DNA of 64,000 nt, taken from Candidatus Egerieisoma sp. Its GTDB lineage: Bacteria; Bacillota; Clostridia; UBA1212; UBA1255. The notes beneath the pieces are model-generated. The model did no database searches and had not been told where the DNA came from. It saw only the letters and a list, made by a program, of their open reading frames with translations. This document shows, in pieces, positions 42,463 through 53,600 of this stretch (position 1 is the first letter of the stretch; the number at the start of each line of letters is the position of its first letter). Position numbers and translations under genes: made by a program. The DNA is taken from assembly GCA_045580735.1 (NCBI GenBank), contig JAZNOJ010000053.1, positions 9,362 to 73,361 of the forward strand, given 5' to 3'.

Positions 42463-43506
42463 ATGATTGAAAATTCTAAAAACATTGTTCTCAACGAAGA
42501 AGCACTCAACGAGCTACTTACTACACCTTCTGATGGTCTTATCGAGGATATCGCAAAAATTAAAGGTGATATAATGGTTCTTGGTGCAGGTGGAAAGATG
42601 GGTCCTGACATTTGTATTCTAGCAAAAAAAGCAATTGACAAAGCTGGAATAAATAAAAATGTATATGCTGTATCAAGATTTTCAGAAAAAGCAGCCGCAC
42701 AAAGATTAGAAGCCTTTGGTATAAAAGTTATTTCTGCTGATTTATCTGAGGATGGTGCTTTAGAAAAATTACCGGATTGTGAAAATATCATTTTTATGGC
42801 TGGTAAAAAGTTTGGCACAAATGGAAGTGAATATCTTACATGGGGAATGAATTCTTGGCTTCCATGTATGACCGCCAGAAGATTTTCGAAATCAAATTTC
42901 GTTGTTTTCTCAAGCGGAAATATTTATCCAAAAGTACCAACTTGTAGTGGAGGTGCTACTGAAGAAACTCCAACATACCCTATAGGAGAATACTGTATGT
43001 CCTGCTTGGCTAGAGAAAGAGCCTTTGAATATGCTGCAAAAACGCGTGGTGCTAAAGTATGTATAATGCGTTTAAATTATGCAATAGATTTACGTTATGG
43101 TGTTCTTCATGATATTTCTCAAACAATATTGTCCGGAAAGCCTGTTGATTTAGCTGCAATGCCAAGCTTTAATTGCATATGGCAAAAGGATGCGAATGAA
43201 GCAGCTATAAGATTATTGCTACATACAAGTGAAGAAATGAATATAGTTAATGTAACAGGACCTGAAACTGCCGGTGTTAAACAAACAGCAATATTACTCG
43301 CAAAAGCACTGGGAAAGGAAGTTACATTTATTGGAGAGGAAGCCTCAACAGCATATCTAAACAATGCCGGAAAAATGTTTAAAATGTTTGGGTATCCAAC
43401 ATATTCACTCGATAAATTAATTGAAATGCAAGCTGCATGGCTTTTAAACGGTGGAAGAAGCCTCGGTAAGCCTACACATTTTGAAGAAAGGAATGGAAAT
43501 TATTAA
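42463..43506 (+). CDS. NAD-dependent epimerase/dehydratase-like (extended SDR / NmrA-like) protein
   Basis: MVLGAGGKMGPDI Rossmann motif near the N-terminus, 347 aa. The exact family is uncertain. Confidence 0.55.
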   Translation: MIENSKNIVLNEEALNELLTTPSDGLIEDIAKIKGDIMVLGAGGKMGPDICILAKKAIDKAGINKNVYAVSRFSEKAAAQRLEAFGIKVISADLSEDGALEKLPDCENIIFMAGKKFGTNGSEYLTWGMNSWLPCMTARRFSKSNFVVFSSGNIYPKVPTCSGGATEETPTYPIGEYCMSCLARERAFEYAAKTRGAKVCIMRLNYAIDLRYGVLHDISQTILSGKPVDLAAMPSFNCIWQKDANEAAIRLLLHTSEEMNIVNVTGPETAGVKQTAILLAKALGKEVTFIGEEASTAYLNNAGKMFKMFGYPTYSLDKLIEMQAAWLLNGGRSLGKPTHFEERNGNY

Positions 43507-44561
43507 TGGACAGACATATAGAAGCTTTAAAAATATTACACAAAGGAACAGTCATTCCTGCTATTCCACTAGCGCTAACCAACGAACGAAAATTCGATGA
43601 AGAAAGCCAACGTAGAATGGTGCGATATTATTTAGCCGCAGGCTCAGGTGGTATAGCAGCTGCAGTTCATAGCACACAATTTGAAATTAGAGAGCCTCAA
43701 CATAACTTATTTGAGCCTGTATTAAGGGCTGTAGCAGAGGAAGTAGACAAATTTGAGGCTAAAAACGGAAAAACAATAATTCGTATCTCCGGTGTATGTG
43801 GCCTTAAAGAGCAAGCTACAAAGGAAGCAGAGCTAGCAAAAAAATATGGCTACGATGCTGTTCTTTTAAGTCCAGGTGGCTTAAATCATTTATCTGAAGA
43901 AGAATTATTAGAAAGAACAGAAGCTGTTTCAAAGGTTCTGCCGGTAATTGGTTTTTATCTTCAAGAAGCTGTAGGAGGCAGAAAGCTGAGTAAAAATTAC
44001 TGGAAAGAGCTTGCAAATATTGAAAATGTTGTTGCAATAAAATGTGCATGCTTCGATAGATATTGTACACAAGACCTTGTTAAAGGCGTGATGGAGTCAA
44101 ATCGTTGTGAAGCTGTTGCACTTTACACAGGAAACGACGATCATATTGTTACTGATTTATTAACCCCTTTCACATTAGAATCAAATACAGGTGTAAAGCA
44201 AAAACACTTTGTAGGCGGTCTTTTAGGACAATGGTCAGTATGGACAAAAAAAGCTGTTGAAATATTTGAAAAATGTGTGAAAGCAAGAGAATCAGGTTGT
44301 ATTCCAACTGAGCTTTTAAATATTGGTGAGCATTTAACAGAGTGTAATGGTGCTGTATTTGATGTAGCAAATAAGTTTGCAGGCTGTATTCCCGGTCTTC
44401 ATTATGTACTCATGAAGCAAGGCTTGATGAAAGGAACATGGTGTCTGAATCCTAATGAAATCCTCTCCCCTTGTCAAGCTGAGGAAATTGACAGAGTAGC
44501 CAAGGCTTATCCAGAAATAATTGATGATGATTTTGTAAAAGATTTTCTTAAAAATGACTAA
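43506..44561 (+). CDS. DapA-like class I aldolase / dihydrodipicolinate-synthase-family protein (putative)
   Basis: 351 aa. The N-terminal GTVIPAIPLALT...GSGGIAAAVHSTQFE resembles the DapA family GxTGE region. Its ATG overlaps the previous stop (TAATG), indicating translational coupling. Confidence 0.4.
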   Translation: MDRHIEALKILHKGTVIPAIPLALTNERKFDEESQRRMVRYYLAAGSGGIAAAVHSTQFEIREPQHNLFEPVLRAVAEEVDKFEAKNGKTIIRISGVCGLKEQATKEAELAKKYGYDAVLLSPGGLNHLSEEELLERTEAVSKVLPVIGFYLQEAVGGRKLSKNYWKELANIENVVAIKCACFDRYCTQDLVKGVMESNRCEAVALYTGNDDHIVTDLLTPFTLESNTGVKQKHFVGGLLGQWSVWTKKAVEIFEKCVKARESGCIPTELLNIGEHLTECNGAVFDVANKFAGCIPGLHYVLMKQGLMKGTWCLNPNEILSPCQAEEIDRVAKAYPEIIDDDFVKDFLKND

Positions 44562-44580
44562 TTAATATAGTTCTAATCAA

Positions 44581-44626
44581 TAAAAAAGCTGCCTAATACA
44601 TGTAATGTGTTAGACAGCTTTTTAAT
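44581..44626. terminator. Bidirectional terminator between convergent operons
   Basis: aaaaaAGCTGcCTAA ... TTAGaCAGCTtttt, an imperfect palindrome with an A-tract 5' and a T-tract 3'. It lies between the DapA-like stop at 44561 and the NRPS stop at 44638. Confidence 0.55.
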
Positions 44627-44637
44627 ATTCTTTTTTA

Positions 44638-47600
44638 TCAATCAAAAAAACCAAGTGTTATCAATGCCTTCATCGCTCTATCAATATACCCTTCATCGAT
44701 AAGCGGCCAGTTAAAGCCCAGACGATACAAAGCCTTAATGGTAAACTCATTTTCTTTTCCAATCATTCTGTATGACTTATCATGAGTATTATAAGAAATT
44801 AAAGCAGATATTGACATATTACGTTCTTCATCAGATAAGCCTTCTGTAAAGAATTTATTAAATTCCTCTTCATCGACGATTTTAATATTTATTGAGTTTT
44901 TCCTTAACACCTCTAATACATTAAACATATGAACAGTATGACAGCTATAGGTATGAAATACTGTGTATTTATCAGGAGCTCCGGCAAGAGTAATAATTGC
45001 CTTTGCAGTATAATCCACAGGTGAAAACTCTGCCCTCATATCCAGACTACCAATCGGAAATGCCCCAATTGCGTAATATGCCTTTATTCTATTCATAAAT
45101 CCATTTGTATTAAAGTTTGCCTGGAACTCACCATCCGCCTCTCTGCTCATAAGGTTTCCGACTCTCATAATCTTGCCACGTAAGCCTTTTTCTTTTATTG
45201 CACTTAGAACAGCCTTTTCTGCTTTCCATTTTGTATAAGCATATTTATTATCAATCATTTGCCCAAAGTCCAGCATATTCTCTCTTAGCTCAATTGTATT
45301 TGGTAAGCTATCATTTACATTTGCACCAGCTATACTCGTTGTTGATACCTGTACAAGCTTTTTATTAAGAACAGCACATATTTCTATAAGATTTTCAACT
45401 CCATTAAAATTAATTTTTTCCAGAATATCATCCGATGTAAAATGCTTAACACATGCTGCACAATTAATAATTGTATCAAATTCAATTTGCTTTAAAGAAT
45501 CAAGAAGCTTTTTATCTGTAATATCTCCATTAACAACAATTATTTTATCTCCGAAAAGCTCTTCCATTGGATCATCGAAATAATACATAAGAAGTGTCTT
45601 TAATCGTGCCTCTGCTGATGTTTTCTTTCCTGGTCTTACCAGACAATAAATTTTTGGTGTACCCGCCTCTATTAATTGTTTAACAACGTGTATTCCTAAA
45701 AATCCGGTTGAACCAGCAACCAAAACGTTTCCTATATCAGAATATGTGATATTTACCGCTTCAGTAGGAATATTATATTTCAATACATCATAAAGATTCT
45801 CTTCGTTTAATGAAAAAGCTTCAAGCATGTTATCAGCTTTTTTAGAAGCATTGTTGCTTTGAGTATCTATTTTTATCTCTCTTGAAGTACCACGCTGCTT
45901 CATAACAAACTCTGATAGCTTTTGAGGTGTTGAATAATCAAATACATCCTTATAAACAACAGGAATATTTTCAACCATACATTTCATTGCAATCTTTGAT
46001 GCTAATAGTGAAGTGCCACCTAATAAAAAGAAATCATCATCTGCAAATACCTCATCTATACCTAGCACCTGTGCGAACATATCACAAAATCTCTTTTCAG
46101 TATCATTTGTCGGCTTTACTCCCGCATTGCTTCGTGTTGAAATAACAGGCTCCGGAAGAGCTTTTTTATTAACTTTTCCATTTTGAGTCATTGGCATCTT
46201 ATCTAGCTTCATGAATACTGACGGAACCATATATTCTGTCAATGATTTTTTCAAATATGAAACAAGTTCATTTTCGTCAACATTTTCCTTGGCTGTATAA
46301 TATCCACATAAGAATTGACCCTGCGCCTCACTTCCTTTTAACAAAACAACACTTTGATTAATAGCTTCAAAAGAATTCATCGCACCTTCAATCTCATCAA
46401 GCTCAACTCTTAAACCTCTTAGCTTAACCTGATTATCCATTCTTCCCATAAATAATATTTTACCTTCAAAATTATAACGTGCCATATCTCCGCTTTTGTA
46501 GGCAGGCATATCATTATATTTGAAAAACTTTTCATTTGTAAGCTCGTCATTTCCAACGTATCCACGTCCTACACCAGCCCCGGTAATTGTTAGCTCACCG
46601 GGTGCATAAGGTGGTAAGCAATTGCCGTTTTTATCTAGAATATAAACACCGGCATTTGCAAGAGGTCCGCCAATAGTAATATAATCACTCGTTATATGGT
46701 CAATTGTAGCTGATACTGTAATTTCAGTTGGTCCGTAGCTATTGCTTATATCAGCCATAACACCTGCAGCTCGAAGCTTTTTATATAAAGAGGCTGGAAA
46801 TGCTTCAGCACCAATTACCATATATTTTATCTTACATAAAGCTTCATGTGTTTGTGGTATATCAAGCATATTGTTCATATATGATGGTGTGCATTTGATA
46901 ACATCAACATTATTTCTAATAAGCATATTTGCAAGTAAAATAGGATTGTGAATTTCTTCCTCAGTCGCCATAGCTACTGTAGCTCCATTATATAAAGGAG
47001 CCATTTCCTCAACAATTGAAACATCAAAGGTTAACGCTGCTAATGCAAGAACAACTCTTTCACTATTTGCAAATTCCTTATAGCCGTAAGCTTTTGGATT
47101 ATTTTTATTATTCATTACAAAGTTTGTAAGATTTCTATGCTCAATCATTACTCCCTTAGGCTTACCGGTAGAACCTGATGTAAAAATACAATAAGCAAGA
47201 TTATTAGGATTAATTAGTACGTTTGGATTACTAATTTCATCTGACTTAAGTATATCTTCTATACATAAAGCTCTATACTGCGAAAACAACTCAGTTCTGT
47301 TTTTTAATACATCATTTGTAGTAATAATGATTTTAGCATTTGCCCCGGAAAGAATATAACCTATTCTTTCGTCAGGATATTCAGGAGAAATAGGAACAAA
47401 TGCACCGCCGGATTTTAATACTCCTTGCCGTGCAGCATATGCATTAATACATCTTGGCATAATAACTGCTATCTTATTTTCAGGTTGAACGCCCTCGGAA
47501 ATCAATGTATTTGCAACTCTGTTTGCATTTTCATTTAATTCTCTATAAGTAATACTTTGATTTTCACATATAACTGCAAGCTTTTCAGGATTATTCTCAA

Positions 47601-50600
47601 CTGAACGCTCAAAAAGCTTATTTGCAGTAATAGGTTCATTTGTAGTTTCTGTATCATTAAAGCTCTTAATCATTGATGCTGCATTATCTGAAAGTATAGA
47701 TACTTCCTTAAGCTTCTTTTTGTTTACAAATTCTGTCATTGCCTTTTCAAGAGCTTCCATAAAGCCTTCAATATATTTTCTACTAAATTTACCAGCGTTA
47801 TATTCACAAACCCAACAAATTTTTCCATTTTTCAAAAATACATTTACGTTTAATGGTGCTTTTGCACTGTCTAAGCTTAGCTCTATCATTTTAGCAGGTT
47901 CACTGCACAAGGAATCAAAAACGAACTCACTTCCTTGATAAGCAAACATTACATCAGCCCTTGCACCAAGCTCCCTGCTTATTTCTGCAAATGAATATAT
48001 ATCATATGTCATGCTATCTAAGAGCTGTTTTCCAACTTGTGCAACATATTCATTTACCAGCTTTTGAGAATCTTCTATATTAATTACTACAGGTAATGTT
48101 TTTACAAGCATTGAGATAGTATTTGTTAATCTTGAATCACTTCTGCCATTATAAATACTTGCAAAAGATAATATTTCATTACCATTATATTTTGATAGTA
48201 CAAAGCCAAATACGGCAGTAAAAAACGCATTCATACCAAGCTTATTTACATCACAATAATATTTAACATCCTCTGCAGTAAGAGCACTACTAATATATTC
48301 AAATGATTCTGCCTTCTGTAATTCATTCTTTTTTACATCACCAAGCGGCAAGCTTTCTTTTTCTGCATCAGCTAAAAGCGACTTATAATAATTTTTAGCC
48401 TTTTCAAAGAAACTACTCTTACGAAGTGTACTTTCATTTAATACAACCTCATAACCACTATATTTTTCTATTTCCAAAGTTTCTTCCTTATATGCTTTTG
48501 ATATATCATTTAAGAAAATAAGCATAGATGAACCATCACTAATAATATGATGCATTTCTATTAAAATATATAATTTATCGGCATCTATAATTTTAACTCT
48601 AAATAAGCTGCCGCCAATTAGCTTAAATGGTTTTACAAGATTATCTTTTATCTCCTCTAACGATGAAGCCTTTATAATTTCAATAGAAGCTTCATCAAAT
48701 GAATAATCTCCGTCCATTCTTCTCTGTCTTAAATCACCCTCCTCGTTCAAAAACATACGAGTTTTTATATATGGATGTGCATTAACTGCTGCGACAACTG
48801 CTGACTTAAGCTTATCTATATCCAAATTTCTGCTTATTTCAAGTAAAACCGGAATATTATAAACTGTAGCATCAGGCTTAGAAACTGACTCGACATAAAT
48901 ACCTTCCTGTGTTTTAGAAATTGCGTAGTCATTTAATATTTCAAACTTTTCTTCCTCAACACTATTAGCAAAAAATTCTTCCAGCTTAAGAATTGTATCA
49001 TTTTCCTTCAAATCAGAAGTTTTAACATTAAAATTAAATTCCTCGGATAATGCTACATTAAGTCTAACTGCTCCAATAGAAGTAAGGCCAGCTTCATAGA
49101 TATTTGTTTTTATTCCAAACTCCTTATGACCAACAACCTCTGAAATACAATCAAAAAGTCTCTGCTGAATATCATTTTGCGGAGGTATTGCATCTACAGC
49201 TTTTCTTTTCGGAACTGGCAACGCTCTTTTATTAACCTTTTGATTTTGATTATATGGAATAGCAGAAATTTGCATAGTTACAGCAGGTACCATATAAGGT
49301 GGCTTCTCTTCTAAAATAAAGCTGTTTAGAGCATCAATATCAATTTCCTCATCAGAAACAATATATGCAGCAATATATTTTCCACCTGAAGGTTCTTCAA
49401 AGGCAGCTACTGTCGCATCCCTTATACCTTCAAAACGTCGTATAACCTCTTCTACCTCAGTAAGCTCAATTCTAAAGCCTCTTATTTTAACCTGTGCATC
49501 TCTACGACCAATAAATTGAATTTTTCCATCACCCATATATCTTACTATATCGCCTGTATGGTAAACTCTGCTATAATCTTCATCATCAGAAAAAGGATTA
49601 TTAGTAAATGCTGCTGCTGTTTGTTCAGGTCTATTTAAGTACCCTCTTGAAACCTGAGGTCCGGAAATCCATAGCTCACCAACAGCACCTACCGGAAGTA
49701 GCTTGCCATTAGAATCGGTCACGTAAAGCTTAATATTATCTGTTGCTTTTCCGATAGGAACATCAATATATTTTTTATCAACATGAAATGCTGTCATAAA
49801 TACAGTACACTCTGTAGGACCATACGCGTTATACAAAGCATATTTTTCAGGAGGATTTACTGGTACAAGCTTTTCACCACCCACAAGCAAATACTTTAAT
49901 TTTTCAGGTGCCTGCATTAATGCAAATTGCCTTCCAACCTGAGTTGTAATAAATGCGTTCGTTACATTCTCTTTTGTATATAATTCTTGTAAAGCTTTTA
50001 AATCTAATCTTAATGCTTCAGAAACTATTAATACAGTTGCACCTGCAGTTAAAGTTGGATATAAATCCATCATGCAAGCATCAAAGCCATAGCTGGCATA
50101 TGCAGCAGCAACGGAATTTTGTGTAAGCTCAAATTTTGTTCTAAAATAATCACAAAAAGCAATTAAATTTCTATGCTCAAGCATTACGCCCTTAGGAAGC
50201 CCTGTAGAACCTGATGTATAAAGCATAATAAATAAATCTTCAGGTTTTGGTAATCTAAGCTCTACATCTAAGTCCTTCATATTTTCAATTTCAGAAAGCA
50301 TTATTCTTCTGCCTTTAAATTCATCGTTAATGATAGAATCATATTCAGGTACTGTTATTAATATTTTTGCATTTGAATCTTGTACCATTAAATTCAGTCT
50401 TTCCGGAGGATAAGTCGGATCTAATGGTAAATATGCACAGCATGCCTTTAAAATACCCATCGAGCATAGAACTATATATTCACTTCTAGGTATAAGAACT
50501 GCAATTACATCCTCTTTACCTACTCCCATAATATTCAAATTCTTTGCTAATTTATCAGATATTAAATCTACATCTTTATATGTTAATCTCTTTTCTTCAT

Positions 50601-53600
50601 ATATTACTGCAATGCTTTCAGGTGATTTTTTAACATTATTTTTAAACAATTCAACTATTGTTGCATTTTTATCATATGCTTTATGTGTAATATTAAACTT
50701 ATCTATTTCCTTTCTGAGCGCAGCATCAATTAATTCAATATCATTTAATTTTTCTAATGCCAACATTCCCTTTACGATTGATATAAACATACTAGCAAGA
50801 CTGTTCATTATTTCTTTACTGTAAAGCTCAGAGCGATAATTTATAATAACCTCATACGAATCCTTACCCTTTAAAACCATTACATTTATATCAAATTGCA
50901 CATCCCCTGTTTCGGGATTAACAATAGGGCAATATTCATTTTCTATCATAGCACCATTAAGTAAATCAGCTTGATAAACAAAAGCAATATCTGCTCTTAT
51001 AGAATATTGTGATGCAAGCTCTCCAAAGGATATGCAGTCATGCTTCATTGTTTCAAAGAAATAATTCTGCGTGTTTTTTAAATATTCCTTTACACTCATG
51101 CTTTCATCAAATTCAAAAAACAAAGGCAATGTTTTTACAAACATACCTACTGAATTTTCCAATCTAGAATCATGTCTTCCATTATTTACTGTACAGAATA
51201 TAGAATCCCTTGCACCATTAAATTTAGCAAGAGCATAAGCAAAAGCACCAAGAAACAGTGTATTTTCTGTAATACCATTATTTCTGACAAAATGTATAAC
51301 CTCTCGAATTTTAACATCCTCATTTAAAGAAACACTTAGCTTTCCAGCACCCTTATCAGTCTTTAATACAATATCGGGAACAGGTCTGGAATCAGCATCT
51401 ACTGCGCTAAGCTTATTTTCAAAATACTTCTGTGCTTCCTTATACTCCTTAGTATCCTTTAACACTTCCTCATACCTTGATATATCAAAAATTGTCAATT
51501 CTTCTGTCTTGATTTCTTTTCCATTATACACATCTGCAATTTGATTCATTAATACTTTTACTGAGCTTCCATCAAAAACAATGTGATGTATATCAAAAAT
51601 AAAATATATTTTTTTATCACATTTTAAAATTTCCGCACGCCAAAGAGGACCATCTTTTAAATTAAATGGTTTTATAAATTCGTTTAGATATTCTTCAAAA
51701 TTACTAATTTCTTTAATTTCGATGTTCGCATTAACATTTGATAAAACCATCTGTGGTGTGTTATCAACAGTAATTCCTAAAACCTTATGGTTATTAAAAA
51801 CATAATTTATAGCATTTGCAAGCTTATTAACATCTACATTATTTGGCAAAATGCAATACATAGGAATATTATACATTTTCGATTCAGGCTCATTTATACA
51901 TTCTAAATATACACCCAACTGTGATTCGGTAAGAGGATATACATCTAAAAGCTCATCCTCATGCTCTATTAAAGCTTTAGAGCTATCTGCTTCAATTAAT
52001 TCTGATATTTTTTCGATAGTTCTTCCCATCAAAATGTGACTTGGTAAAAGTCCTTCAATATTAGCTTCTGATATAAGTGCAAGCACCTTTATTGAATCAC
52101 CGCCAAGACTTATAAAATCATCTTTTATGCCAATTTTTCCGCATCCTAATACTTTCTCAACACTTTTACAAAGCTTAATTTGAATATCATTTTCAGGAGC
52201 AACATATGCCTCCTTGTAATCATCTATTTTAGGTGCTTTTAATGCATTTCTATCAAGCTTTCCGTTTACATTTTTAGGCATTTCATCAAGCTTTTTAAAA
52301 AATCTAGGTATCATATAATCCGGTATAGAATCTTTAAGTTTTGCATGAATAACACTTTGAGATACATTATTATTCGATGTATAAAAAGCTGCAAGATATG
52401 TCTGTCCCATATTGTCATTAAATGCCTTAACAACTGAATTTGTGATTCCCTCTATACTATTTAGCAGATTTTCAATTTCAAGTGTTTCTACTCTTTGCCC
52501 ATTTATTTTTACCATCCAATCCTTACGATTAGAATAAACAAGATTTCCGTTATCATCAAAATAACCCATATCTCCTGTATGAACAAGTACACTTCCATCC
52601 TCTTGCTTTATAACCTTCCTTGCTGTCTCCTCTGAAAGCTTATAATAACACTTAAGGAAATTACCTTGAATACATATTTCTCCAATTTCTCCATTTTTAA
52701 CAGCATTGTTTTCATCATCTAATATATGAATTTTTACGTTATTTACTGCTTTTCCAATAGGTGTATTATCATATTTCTTATCGACCTTAAAATATGTTAC
52801 CGTTGCAATTGTTTCACTACTACCATAAAGGTTATATAAATCAAAATCCTCAAAATAAACACCGCTTAATCTTTCACTTCCCGTAAATACTCTTACAAGC
52901 TTAGCTGCTCCATTAAACATTCTAAGAAGCTGAGGACTAATAAACGAGGCAGTTATACCATTTTCATTAAAATATTTTTCCATTTCTCGTACATTTTTTC
53001 GTACATAATCACTTAAAATATGAATAGTACCTCCGCAATAGAGTGTAACTAAATATTCTAATACGAATGCTATGAAGGACATTGGCGCTGTAGCACCATA
53101 GATTATATTTTCTACATTATCAAATAAAAACTTTTGCCTTTGAACAGAAAAAGCCAAAGCAGCTATAGAATGTAATATTCCCTTTGGTTTACCTGTTGAG
53201 CCAGATGTATAAATAAGAAACGCATTATCCTCATCATCTAATATAATTGGCTCTATAGATTCATATGAATCTATATCATAAAAAAAATCCTCTCTTATGA
53301 TATATTTAGCATTACATTCTCCAACAATGTAATCTATTCTATCCTTTGGATATTCTTTAATAAGAGAAACAACACAGCAGCCTGCCTTTAATATGCCTAG
53401 ATAAGCCGCAATATATTCTGCTTTTCTATCTAGTAGTATTGCAACAACATCTCCGGGTATACATCCAAGCGAGATTAGCTTTGACGAAATTTTCGAGCTT
53501 AAGCTGTCAAGCTCCTCATATGTTGTATGCCTTTTAGCTTCATTATCTACAATAGCTGTTTTAGATGCATTATTTATAAAAATATCCCTCATTATTTCAA

